11,468 bases of DNA, taken from contig DXVY01000036.1 of assembly GCA_019417145.1 (NCBI GenBank), positions 1 to 11,468 on the forward strand, in the 5' to 3' direction. The notes below the pieces were generated by a model, which searched no databases, was not told where the DNA came from, and worked only from the letters and a program-made list of their open reading frames with translations. Origin of the DNA: Clostridiales bacterium (lineage in GTDB: Bacteria > Bacillota > Clostridia > Oscillospirales > Acutalibacteraceae). Positions 1-7,636 of this stretch are shown here, piece after piece. Within the stretch, counting starts at the first letter, position 1; every line of letters begins with the position of its first letter. A program made the translations under genes and the position numbers.

Positions 1-3000
1 CTTCCAGATCCGCGCTGTTCTCCAGGTTCGCCGCCTCTTCAATCTGTTCCTCTACCGCTTCTGCGGCTGCAAGCTTTTCCAGACGCGCATACTCGGCCTC
101 GGCCGCCGTCAGCTCGTCGGCGTTGATCACCTGAACCCGATTCTCTTCGGCTACCTCATTGTAGGCCGCCCGAGCCGCATCGATAGCCTCCTTGCAGGCG
201 CTGCTCAGCTCTACTGGCTGCGGTATGGCCGCTATGGCATTGATGGCCGCCAATACGGTTTCATCCATGTCCTCAAAGCTGTATTCTCCGCTCTTGGCAG
301 TGAGAACACCCTTTTCAAAGGTTTGCGAGGCAGAATCGCCGCTTATGATGGTATTGCCGGTGGGCGCGCCGGTTATGGCAAACCGTGCAGCCGCGTCGTT
401 TCCAAGGCTCATAAAGGCGTCATACGCGGCGCCGTTAATGTAATAGCAGCCTTCCGGCGTGCCGTCGTCAGCAGGTATGGCATCCAAAATGTCCTTACTG
501 CCGGCCATAATGGCGCGGCCCTGGGGACCTTCAAAGTCCTGATAATAGATGCCGTCCACCTGTTTTTGCACATCCTGGTAAGAGGGCATACCCAGTGTCA
601 TGCCATATTCGCTATCCCAATCGTACTTGGCATAGGTATACTGGAAGGCCATCTTGGCGCCGCCTTCCAGGCCCACGCCGGGACCGTAGCCCCAACCGTC
701 GATGCCTGTGGGCGACGAATCATTGATGGTGTACTCCTTGGCGTCCACCCGGCGCATGCCGCCGCCAAAGGTCATCTGCACAATCTTGCCGCCGTACTCA
801 AAGGCCTCGCCGATGGGCGTGCCGGCATCGCCGCCGCCCATGGCCATAGCGCCCACACGGGTAAAGGCCATGCCCACAAAGGGGCTGTATACCGCGTTCC
901 AGCGACGCAGTCCAGCCGTGGGTGTACCGTCTTCATTCCGGCCGTGGTTCCAGGGGCTGCCGATACTGTCGTTGTACGCTCCCTCGCTTGTGTCCTCCAG
1001 CTGCACCGCCAGCGCCCTGTTGGCGCCGTCGTTCATATACTGCATATCCACCGTGGCGCCGGGCTTTACGCCCATGCCGTAGGCGTCGTAGATCAGCTTT
1101 TCACGGACGGCCTTGACCATGGCGTCCCGAGTGGCCTGATACCCCTCCGGATCGTCCTTGAGCGCTGCCAGCCAGGGCGCGTTGTCAAAGGTAACGTCAA
1201 CCTTGATCTTTCCCTCGCCATCTGGATTATCCACCACCATCTGGGGCCAGTTATCATTGATGGTAAAGGTGAAATCATCCTGAATCTGCTGGAGGGTCGC
1301 CTCAGCGTCAATCAGACGCTGAATATTGTGCACCTGCGCCTGTTCCTCCTCGGACAGCGCGTCATAGGCCGCACGGACCTGCGTCAGTTCCTCCAGGCTC
1401 TTGTAAGTAATGGTATCGCTGATACCGGCAATCAGCTTCACAACATCTGTAATACGCGCAGGCACATAAGCCGCGTCCAGATCCAGATAGAAACCGGTGT
1501 CAAAGAAGGTGATATGGTCGGTATGACGATTGCTGTTGTTGAGCTTCAGGACCAACTGCTGCGCGCCTGCGGGAATATCAATGGCAAAGGCCGCATAGCC
1601 CTTATCGCCGCTCTCGTTGCCCTCGGCGCCGTCCTTCAGGAAAGGTCCTGCCTCGCCGGCCTTGATGCCGTCGATGTAAAACTCAACCCTGTTATCGTTA
1701 TTGTAATAACCATTTTGCAGGCCCTCGGTGCACATACCCACAATACCGCTGAAGGTTACGGCCTGATTGGGCACCTTCAGGTTAATGGTCATATAGCTGT
1801 TCTCCGGAGGCTCGCAGCCGAAGGAAGCGGTCTTGCCGGCAAAGGTATAGGTTTGATCGCAGTAGGCCTGGCCGACCTTAAAATCATTATAGACGCCGCC
1901 GGCCGCGTCCAAGGCCACGGGATCGAGGGTCTCAGCCGCAACATAGTTGCGGGGATCCGCCTCCTGGAGATTTTCGGCGGTAAGGGCCGCCACCTCCTCG
2001 GCGGAGAGAACCTTATCAAACACCCGGAAATCGGACATTTTTCCGTTCATACCGGGATCTACATCGCCCCACTCCTTAGTTGCCGCGCCGATAGCGGCCA
2101 TGCCGTCGTCGGGGAGATTGGCAAAGGACAATACGGATTTGGCCACCTGGTCCCAGCCGTCGCCGCTGGCGGTATAGGGGATGGCCTCGCCGTTAAAGTA
2201 CATGACGATTTCGCCGTCGGCCGAAAGGGTAAAGGTGAGCTGCACCCAGTTCTGCAGGGGCATCTTATACGGGCTGGCCGCATTGTACGCCTTATCCGCG
2301 ACCACATTGTCCACATAGAACTGCAAATTGTTTCCGCGGCCGCTAAAGAACGGCTGCCAGCGCATGAGATAGGCGCCTTCCCCAAATTCGCCGTTCATCT
2401 GATGACGGGAACCGGCCTGGAAGTAGGTGGCATAATCGCCCACATACTTATTTGCGTTGACCATCATGGAAACGGTAATATTCTCATGCTTGAGCGCGGC
2501 GATAGGAATACTGACGCGGTCAGAACGGCCGCCCTCGCTGAGAAATTCCACCATGCCGTCCTCGATTTTAATCTTATCGGTGGTAGTGGGGTTGTTATCG
2601 TAATTGACAATGGTGCCGTCGTAATCGCCGGCCACGTCCTCCACCTTGCCGTCGGCGGTCAGGCCGTCGAAGGTGTAGTGCAGCACGGAATCAGGAACTT
2701 GGGCGGTCACAGGCTCCTCTGCAGGAAGCGCCGCCTTGTTCTCCTGATACAGCTCCATAACCTCTGCATCCGACAGGACCCGATCGTACATCCGGAAATC
2801 GGCCATAACGCCCTTGAGGGTGGGATCGTTCATCCAAATGGCAGGACCGCCTACACTGGCCGCGCCGGAGGTGATCTCGTGCAGGCCACGGCCCTCGTAG
2901 GACTCGCCCTCCTGTCCGCCCACAATCAGGGTCGTATGCACCTTTTCGCCGTTGAGATAGAGGGCGGCGCTGTCGCCTTCCTTGGTAAAGGTAATTTCGG

Positions 3001-5512
3001 TCCATTCATGAATGTTCAAGGGTTTGTCGGCCATGAGACGGACGGTTTTCTGTTCATCCGTATCCCCCTTGCCGACGATAGTGAGGGCCAAACCGAGCCG
3101 TCCGCCCTCATCGCTTTGAGCCGAGATTTGAACCGCATTGTCGCCGTTCGGACCGGCTTCAAAGAGAGTGGTCCATTGCCGGATCTCACTGGCGCGGACC
3201 ATCATGCTGATGGTCTTGGCCTGAGATACGGTTTCAACCGGCATCTGCAGGTAACCGCCGCTAAGCTGGAGCAGACCGGCGGAAGTGCCGGCGGAACCCG
3301 TCAGCATACCGTTATAGCCGTTGCCCGAAACGTCCTTGGCGCCGGTTACAAAATCATAATGCACCAGGGTGCCGTCGCTGGCCATAGGTATGGTATGCAG
3401 GGGCACCAGGGTAATATCCTGTAAGATCAGAGTTCCCAAATCCTGCTGCAGCGTAAAGGTAATGTCCACCTTTCCTGCCTGGCCGATGTTGGCCACACCC
3501 ACCGGCGCTTCATAGTACATCTTGTGCTTGCGGGCATTGGTATCGCCGGAATTAGGCGCGTAACAATCCACAGGCTCTCCCACATTGGCGCCGTTGACTG
3601 CAACCTGCACCTTGCCGGAGGCCTGATAAGCCTTGTACTTGAAGTAGACCAGATAGTCGCCGGCCTCTTCCACATCGGCGGTGATCGAAACCTTGTCGCC
3701 CGCCTTGCCGTCATTAAACCAAACGGGATAGATGGTCCCCCAGGGCGAGGTTTCGTCCTTGGCGCCGGCGGCGGGCTTGACGATACTGCCGCTCGTAACG
3801 CCCTTCAAGCCGGAGGTAATAGCGATGGTCTGGGGATCGCCGTCTTCCACCTTCACCTGGATATTCTTATACCTGCCGGAGCCAGCCCAGGCGCGGAGGC
3901 CCACCTGACCGGAGGTTACCGCCTCGGGCGCTTGGTCGGTATAGGTGCCGACGGAAGAGCCGTTGACAAAAAACTCATAGAAGTTGGCCGTATACACAAC
4001 CTTCAGGTTTTCCCAGCCGGTGCCGGATGGCGTATAGGAGAAATCCTGCAGCTTGGTAAAGTTGTTGCGATGCCGACCCAGACGGATCACGGGCTGTTCG
4101 TTCTCCTTGGTAAAGCCAACCTCATAGCCGTCGAAGGCGTCGGCGCCGTAGTTCAAGTTGGCGCCCTTGATGACAAAGCCCACAGGCCCGGATCCGGTAA
4201 CCTGAACATCGGCTGAAAACTCGCCGGACGTAGAGGCCGTATCGGCAATCATCAATTTAGGGCCGTCGTTCTGCTCGGGCAGCTCCACATACCATTCGCC
4301 CTCGTCGGTAGCCCCGAAATCATACTGAATATCGCCGATGGGCTCAAAGCTGGCAACGTTCTTAACAGCCTCGTCCGCGCTAATATGCACGCTGGGAGCG
4401 GAAATGGGTTGGAGCTCAATATAGTCCAGCCGGATGTTCTTATCGCAGTTGGCCAAGCCGACCACCTCAACCGTGTCGGTGCCGGCCTGCAGCTCCACCT
4501 CAACCGTGAGCTTGGGAATCTGCCGGTTAAAGGCGTTGCGCTGGATGGTCTCATTGACAGCCGGATTGATGGAAGGACCGACCACGCGACTGTCTTCCTG
4601 CGCATAGTCCTTGGCCAGAGCCACCGTTGCGCTGTTTTCATGGGCCTTAAAGGCCGCCGATACCCGATACAGCCCGGTAGCCGGAATGCCATCCAGCTCA
4701 AAAATCGCATAATTGCCGGCGGCTTTCAGCCCAATATTCACGTAAGCGCCGCCGCTGGGGCTACCGGATACGCCGTCGGTAGCAGTCTTGCCAATCTCAA
4801 TCTCATCCGTGCTCTTACTGATCTTGCCGGTATCCTTCAAATCCTCCACCTCATAGCGGATGGGATCGTTGGAGAGCACATAACCGCTCAGGGCCAGCTC
4901 GGAAATCTGGAAAAAGCCCTCGTTTCCCCGATAGGCGGTGAAGGCGATTTTATAATAGGTATAGGCCCGTCCGCTATCTACCGCATAATCCTCCGGATAA
5001 TAGGTGCAATAATCCTCCGGAAATTTCTCGTTGAGCGTGGCGTTTTCCACCGTGTCGATAGGCGTGTACTCCGCACCATCGACCGACCCGTACAGGGTCC
5101 ACGATTTGGGATCGCGCCCCTCCGAATCATTGCCTCCCGCCAGGGTATAGTAGGTGAGGGCAACGGGCGTGGTCATTTTCCAGCTGACCTCAACCGTATC
5201 CTCGTTGCCCTGCTTGTTGATGCCCAGCTTGGTGGTGGTGTCTCCATCGAACAGCTTGCGCGGCCCTTCGGCGCCGGTATTGTCCGGCGGCTGGACATTA
5301 TGACTGCCGCTTTTGGCGCTGACCGAATCCAGATCCACATACTGGACCAACTGATTGGACGCAGTAGGACGGTCGGCATCCAGCGTGTCCTTGACGCCAG
5401 CCGCAGCCGAAGCGGTCAAAGCGCCCAATGGCAGCATGGACGCCAGCATACTGGCAGCCAACAGCGACGCCAGTATACGCCTGGATGATCTTGCCTGTGA
5501 TTTTTTGCGCAT
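1..5512 (-). CDS. Giant secreted multidomain carbohydrate-binding / cell-surface protein. The N-terminal 1,837 codons are present; the 3' end continues past window position 1.
   Basis: Reverse-complement reading from the ATG at 5512..5510 translates without stops to position 1. It starts MRKKSQARSSRRILASLLAASMLASMLPLGALTASAAAG, a basic n-region plus hydrophobic core typical of a signal peptide. An RBS AGGGGGGA sits 7 nt upstream (plus 5519..5526). Codon usage is GC3-rich, while the other five frames show Arg/Pro/Gly/His-rich nonsense typical of off-frame high-GC sequence. The ORF track did not list it because no stop codon lies inside the window. Domain calls rest on recognisable motifs only. 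Confidence 0.88.
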   Translation of the reverse strand, partial: MRKKSQARSSRRILASLLAASMLASMLPLGALTASAAAGVKDTLDADRPTASNQLVQYVDLDSVSAKSGSHNVQPPDNTGAEGPRKLFDGDTTTKLGINKQGNEDTVEVSWKMTTPVALTYYTLAGGNDSEGRDPKSWTLYGSVDGAEYTPIDTVENATLNEKFPEDYCTYYPEDYAVDSGRAYTYYKIAFTAYRGNEGFFQISELALSGYVLSNDPIRYEVEDLKDTGKISKSTDEIEIGKTATDGVSGSPSGGAYVNIGLKAAGNYAIFELDGIPATGLYRVSAAFKAHENSATVALAKDYAQEDSRVVGPSINPAVNETIQRNAFNRQIPKLTVEVELQAGTDTVEVVGLANCDKNIRLDYIELQPISAPSVHISADEAVKNVASFEPIGDIQYDFGATDEGEWYVELPEQNDGPKLMIADTASTSGEFSADVQVTGSGPVGFVIKGANLNYGADAFDGYEVGFTKENEQPVIRLGRHRNNFTKLQDFSYTPSGTGWENLKVVYTANFYEFFVNGSSVGTYTDQAPEAVTSGQVGLRAWAGSGRYKNIQVKVEDGDPQTIAITSGLKGVTSGSIVKPAAGAKDETSPWGTIYPVWFNDGKAGDKVSITADVEEAGDYLVYFKYKAYQASGKVQVAVNGANVGEPVDCYAPNSGDTNARKHKMYYEAPVGVANIGQAGKVDITFTLQQDLGTLILQDITLVPLHTIPMASDGTLVHYDFVTGAKDVSGNGYNGMLTGSAGTSAGLLQLSGGYLQMPVETVSQAKTISMMVRASEIRQWTTLFEAGPNGDNAVQISAQSDEGGRLGLALTIVGKGDTDEQKTVRLMADKPLNIHEWTEITFTKEGDSAALYLNGEKVHTTLIVGGQEGESYEGRGLHEITSGAASVGGPAIWMNDPTLKGVMADFRMYDRVLSDAEVMELYQENKAALPAEEPVTAQVPDSVLHYTFDGLTADGKVEDVAGDYDGTIVNYDNNPTTTDKIKIEDGMVEFLSEGGRSDRVSIPIAALKHENITVSMMVNANKYVGDYATYFQAGSRHQMNGEFGEGAYLMRWQPFFSGRGNNLQFYVDNVVADKAYNAASPYKMPLQNWVQLTFTLSADGEIVMYFNGEAIPYTASGDGWDQVAKSVLSFANLPDDGMAAIGAATKEWGDVDPGMNGKMSDFRVFDKVLSAEEVAALTAENLQEADPRNYVAAETLDPVALDAAGGVYNDFKVGQAYCDQTYTFAGKTASFGCEPPENSYMTINLKVPNQAVTFSGIVGMCTEGLQNGYYNNDNRVEFYIDGIKAGEAGPFLKDGAEGNESGDKGYAAFAIDIPAGAQQLVLKLNNSNRHTDHITFFDTGFYLDLDAAYVPARITDVVKLIAGISDTITYKSLEELTQVRAAYDALSEEEQAQVHNIQRLIDAEATLQQIQDDFTFTINDNWPQMVVDNPDGEGKIKVDVTFDNAPWLAALKDDPEGYQATRDAMVKAVREKLIYDAYGMGVKPGATVDMQYMNDGANRALAVQLEDTSEGAYNDSIGSPWNHGRNEDGTPTAGLRRWNAVYSPFVGMAFTRVGAMAMGGGDAGTPIGEAFEYGGKIVQMTFGGGMRRVDAKEYTINDSSPTGIDGWGYGPGVGLEGGAKMAFQYTYAKYDWDSEYGMTLGMPSYQDVQKQVDGIYYQDFEGPQGRAIMAGSKDILDAIPADDGTPEGCYYINGAAYDAFMSLGNDAAARFAITGAPTGNTIISGDSASQTFEKGVLTAKSGEYSFEDMDETVLAAINAIAAIPQPVELSSACKEAIDAARAAYNEVAEENRVQVINADELTAAEAEYARLEKLAAAEAVEEQIEEAANLENSADLE
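250..1275 (-). other. Region of about 340 aa with at least three LGFP-like repeats, of unknown function. It is flanked by helical FIVAR-like linker segments at about 1..250 and 1290..1470.
   Basis: Repeat-like units are GTPIGEAFEYGGKIVQMTFGGG, LGMPSYQDVQKQVDGIYYQDFEGPQGRAIMAGS and TGAPTGNTIISGDSASQTFEKGVLTAKSG. They fit the LGFP consensus (LGxP...G....QxFExGxi). Flanking Ala/Glu-rich helices such as LEELTQVRAAYDALSEEEQAQVHNIQRLIDAEATLQQIQ and ACKEAIDAARAAYNEVAEENRVQVINADELTAAEAEYARLEKL resemble FIVAR-type linker domains. Confidence 0.35.
1475..1895 (-). other. NPCBM/NEW2-like carbohydrate-binding module, approximate.
   Basis: YNDFKVGQAYCDQTYTFAGKTASFGCEPPENSYMTINLKVPNQAVTFSGIVGMCTEG...RVEFYIDGIKAGE...AAFAIDIPAGAQQLVLKLNNSNRHTDHITFFDTGFYLDLD. 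It matches the NPCBM pattern: 'known-class' input, a tabulated variable-combination block, then a terminal His/Asp block before 'a.a.L'. Confidence 0.45.
1990..2690 (-). other. Laminin-G_3 (concanavalin-A-like lectin) domain, copy 2, approximate.
   Basis: LHYTFDGLTADGKVEDVAGDYDGTIVNYDNN...ITVSMMVNANKY...WVQLTFTLSADGEIVMYFNGEAI...GKMSDFRVFDKVLSAEEVAALT. It has the same architecture and terminal motif as copy 1. Confidence 0.6.
2750..3370 (-). other. Laminin-G_3 (concanavalin-A-like lectin) domain, copy 1, approximate.
   Basis: LVHYDFVTGAKDVSGNGYNGMLTGSAG...LQMPVE...TISMMVRASEIRQWTTLFEAG...EWTEITFTKEGDSAALYLNGEKV...GVMADFRMYDRVLSDAEVMELY. The signature is a terminal 'F(R)xYxRxLSxxEV' motif. 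Confidence 0.6.
3840..4300 (-). other. DUF1080-like (3-keto-disaccharide-hydrolase / LamG-fold lectin) domain, approximate.
   Basis: GEWYVELPEQNDGPKLMIAD...GFVIKGANLN...YEVGF...ENLKVVYTANFYEFFVNGSSVGTYTD...SGQVGLRAWAGSGRYKNIQVKVE. The C-terminal G.R.WAG.G.YKNI.VK motif is characteristic of the DUF1080 jelly-roll family. Confidence 0.5.
4880..5290 (-). other. F5/8 type C (discoidin / CBM32-like) domain, approximate boundaries.
   Basis: Segment GAEGPRKLFDGDTTTKLGINKQG...SWTLYGSVDGAEYTPID...FFQISELALSGYVL. The motifs are KLFDGDTTTKW-like, then TLYGS.DG..YT, then a hydrophobic C-terminal strand, as in discoidin-fold carbohydrate-binding modules. Confidence 0.5.
5399..5512 (-). other. Signal peptide of the giant protein, ~38 aa (approximate cleavage after ASAAAG).
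   Basis: MRKKSQARSSRR is a positively charged n-region. ILASLLAASMLASMLPLGALT is a hydrophobic core. ASAAAG is an Ala-rich c-region. Confidence 0.6.
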
Positions 5513-5593
5513 AAATAGTCCCCCCTGTGTATCATTTTGTGAATACAATATTATTTTAACAAGTAAAAATGCAAAAAACAATAATCAATCTGC

Positions 5594-5621
5594 ATAATAT
5601 CATACACACGGCTATTGGCAA
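5594..5621 (-). promoter_or_regulatory. Putative sigma-70-type promoter of the giant protein gene.
   Basis: On the minus strand, TTGCCA (plus 5616..5621) is followed by a 16-nt spacer and then TATTAT (plus 5594..5599), preceded by TGa as an extended -10-like element. This sits in a locally AT-rich block. The predicted 5' UTR is about 75 nt, ending at the GGGGGG RBS. Confidence 0.3.
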
Positions 5622-5724
5622 ATTGCACAGTATTTCCGCATGAATTATTGTCGCACTTTGCAAATATGTGCAAAAGCTTTCTTTTCGCAATACGTATTGG
5701 GGTGCAGTATCCCGTCTGAAGCCC

Positions 5725-5760
5725 GTTCTCCCCGCCGGAGAACAGGCGCCTATGTTGTTT
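5725..5760 (+). terminator. Orphan terminator-like hairpin on the plus strand, with no plus-strand gene upstream.
   Basis: GTTCTCC (5725..5731), a CCGCC loop and GGAGAAC (5737..5743) form a 7-bp GC-rich stem. It is followed by aggcgccTATGTTGTTT, which is T-rich. A possible plus-strand -35/-10 (TTGCAC 5623..5628, 17 nt, TATTGT 5646..5651) lies about 100 nt upstream. Confidence 0.2.
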
Positions 5761-6028
5761 CTACCAAGTTTGACTTGCAAACGGCGAAAATGACCCGGAG
5801 GTCTGCCCGTCCTTGGAAGCTTCAAAAGCGGCGTGGCCGCCGATCCCATACCATTCCGTCTTAAGTTTTCCCATCCACCCGGGCCACAACCACAATCCGC
5901 TTATCGGCGACCCGGGCTGGCGAAGGCGCTAATGATTACCCGTGGGGTCACAGCGTTCCCCGACCGGATCCAGCCCAAAACCTAGACAGCGCAAGCCCAA
6001 AAGGATCATTGTTCCACATCTGCGCAAA

Positions 6029-6060
6029 GGCAGCCGTTTCCCCTTACAGAAACGGCTGCC
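6029..6060 (-). terminator. Rho-independent terminator of the nfeD-flotillin operon.
   Basis: A perfect 12-bp inverted repeat, GGCAGCCGTTTC (6029..6040) and GAAACGGCTGCC (6049..6060), surrounds an 8-nt loop. It lies 17 nt downstream of the flotillin stop (TAA, plus 6078..6080). On the minus strand it is followed by TTTGCGC. Confidence 0.6.
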
Positions 6061-6077
6061 TTGCAATTACATCCGGA

Positions 6078-7481
6078 TTATTCCGCCGTGGGCTGCGCCG
6101 ACTCGTCCGGCTTTGCCTCCTTGCCCAAAAACGCGGGGATCTGCATACCCGCCATCTTGAAGGTCTCGTTGAGCGGCGGGATAGATTTCATCAAGCTGGC
6201 CAGGAAATTAGAGGTGGTGGACGAACCGTCCTTACCTCCCATGGAATCCCAGACCGTAACCTTGTCAATATTCAGGTTCTTGACGGCCTCCACCTGGATC
6301 TTGACCAGCTCTTCGATTTTATCCACCAGCATAAGTTGGATGGCCGCGTTTGCGTCTCCACCGGCGGCGGCCACAATTTTCTTGAAGCCTTCGGCCTGCT
6401 TGGCCAGAATCTCCTGGATACCGCGGGCCTGGGCCTCCATGGTGGCGTAGGTGGCATCTGCCTCGCCCCTGGCCTTCCGGCGGATCTGCTCGGCCAGCGC
6501 CTCGGCCTCCAATTCCTTTTTCTCCTTGTCCACCCGGGCCTTGACGATAATATCGGCCTGCTGGGTGGCCAGTTCCCGCTCCGCACGGGCCTTTTCCGCT
6601 ACCTGTTGCGCCGCGTAGGCCTCCTCCAAAGCCTTGGCCTCGGCGATCTTTTCGGCGGTCACGGCGCGCCGCTGGGCCTCGGCTTCCTTTTCGCGGCGGG
6701 TAGCGTCCGACTGGGCAATGGCTGCCTTGGATTCGTTCTCACCGGCGATGGCCGTTGCATTGGCCTGGGCCACGCTGATACGCTGGTCTTTTACCGCTTG
6801 CGCCTCGCCCACCGAGCCGTCGCGGTTCTTTTCCGCAACCGTCTTCTTGGCGTCGTTGATAGCTTTTGCGGCCGCCTCTTTGCCCAGCGCCTCGATATAC
6901 CCCGACTCATCGGTGATATCGGTGACATTGACGTTGATCAGCCGCAGACCGATTTTCTTAAGCTCGGTCTCCACGTTGTGGGAGACAGCCTCCAGGAACT
7001 TATCCCGGTCGGTGTTAATCTCCTCGATGTCCATGGTGGCGATGACCAGGCGCAACTGACCGAAAATAATATCCTTGGCCAGCTCCTGTATCTCGCTGAG
7101 TTTAAGTCCCAGCAACCGCTCGGCCGCGTTCTGCATGATACCCGGCTCTACCGAGATGCCCACCGTAAACCGCGAGGGTACGTCAACCCGGATGTTTTGA
7201 TGAGACAGGGCATTGGCCAGATCCACGTTGATGGAAATGGGGGTCAGGTCCAGGTACTCATAGGCCTGAATCACCGGCCAGATAAAGGCGGCGCCGCCGT
7301 GGATACAGCGGGCCGATCGGGCCGTGCCGTCCTTGTTGGTGCCCACCTTACCATAAATGACCATCACCTTGTCGGACGGACAGCGGCGATAGCGAGCCAG
7401 TACGACCAGCAGCATGGAGAAAACCAATACCGCTATGACGACCAGCAGCACAATGACGCTTGTTGGCATGGAACCTTGCAT
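6078..7481 (-). CDS. floT: Flotillin / SPFH (band-7) family membrane-microdomain protein, FloT-like, 467 aa.
   Basis: The ORF in the track is 6078..7538. Its product has an N-terminal TM helix (SVIVLLVVIAVLVFSMLLVVL). An SPFH core follows (VMVIYGKVG...FIWPVIQAYEYLDLTPISINVD...IRVDVPSRFTVGI...ELAKDIIFGQLRLVIATMDIEEINTDRDKF). Then comes a long Ala/Glu/Lys-rich coiled coil (AEAQRRAVTAEKIAEAKALEEAYAAQQVAEKARAERE...) typical of flotillins. I place the start at the ATG at 7481..7479 (MQGSMPTS...) because a GGAGGAGG RBS lies 7 nt upstream. The in-frame TTG at 7538 has no RBS. Confidence 0.85.
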   Translation of the reverse strand: MQGSMPTSVIVLLVVIAVLVFSMLLVVLARYRRCPSDKVMVIYGKVGTNKDGTARSARCIHGGAAFIWPVIQAYEYLDLTPISINVDLANALSHQNIRVDVPSRFTVGISVEPGIMQNAAERLLGLKLSEIQELAKDIIFGQLRLVIATMDIEEINTDRDKFLEAVSHNVETELKKIGLRLINVNVTDITDESGYIEALGKEAAAKAINDAKKTVAEKNRDGSVGEAQAVKDQRISVAQANATAIAGENESKAAIAQSDATRREKEAEAQRRAVTAEKIAEAKALEEAYAAQQVAEKARAERELATQQADIIVKARVDKEKKELEAEALAEQIRRKARGEADATYATMEAQARGIQEILAKQAEGFKKIVAAAGGDANAAIQLMLVDKIEELVKIQVEAVKNLNIDKVTVWDSMGGKDGSSTTSNFLASLMKSIPPLNETFKMAGMQIPAFLGKEAKPDESAQPTAE

Positions 7482-7636
7482 ACATATTCCTCCTCCGTTT
7501 AATTTCAACCCCTTGCCGCGCATAGCGGTAAAGGCCAAGAGTCCGGCTGGTATCCGCCGGGTTCCCGCAATAAAATCCTGACCGGGCAGACAAAATCCAG
7601 GGCGCTCGCCTTGGGAATCATTTGCCGGCGCAGGGT

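Noticed and set aside
323-3424. 1,033-aa plus-strand ORF, the longest ORF in the track.
   Set aside because: Its translation is Gly/Ala/Val/His/Leu-rich low-complexity text with no recognisable motifs. That is typical of the antisense frame of a high-GC gene. The opposite strand encodes a coherent multidomain protein with a signal peptide and RBS.
3524-5488. Plus-strand ORFs 3524..4216 (230 aa) and 4385..5488 (367 aa).
   Set aside because: Both are antisense to the giant minus-strand gene. They have the same nonsense composition and no RBS.
5556-5864. Small ORFs in the long intergenic region: 5556..5849 minus (97 aa) and 5640..5864 plus (74 aa). Also 5942..6160 plus.
   Set aside because: They have no convincing RBS and an Arg/Pro/Cys-rich atypical composition. 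They overlap each other and the predicted promoter and terminator elements.
6009-7502. 497-aa plus-strand ORF overlapping the flotillin gene. Also 6061..6450 plus and 6272..6586 / 6634..7059 (other frames).
   Set aside because: Its product is Gly/Leu/Arg-rich antisense-type text. The minus strand gives a textbook SPFH/flotillin protein.
7482-7538. 19-codon N-terminal extension of flotillin to the in-frame TTG at 7538 (MAFTAMRGKG...).
   Set aside because: No RBS lies upstream of 7538. The internal ATG at 7481 has a perfect GGAGGAGG at optimal spacing and begins directly at the TM helix.
7482-7636. Looked for a sigma-W-type promoter (TGAAAC-N16-CGTA, as upstream of B. subtilis yuaF-floT) or a terminator between nfeD and the flotillin gene.
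   Set aside because: I found no match to the sigma-W consensus and no stable hairpin with a T-tract. The GC-rich segments here are mirror repeats rather than inverted repeats. The genes are therefore probably co-transcribed.
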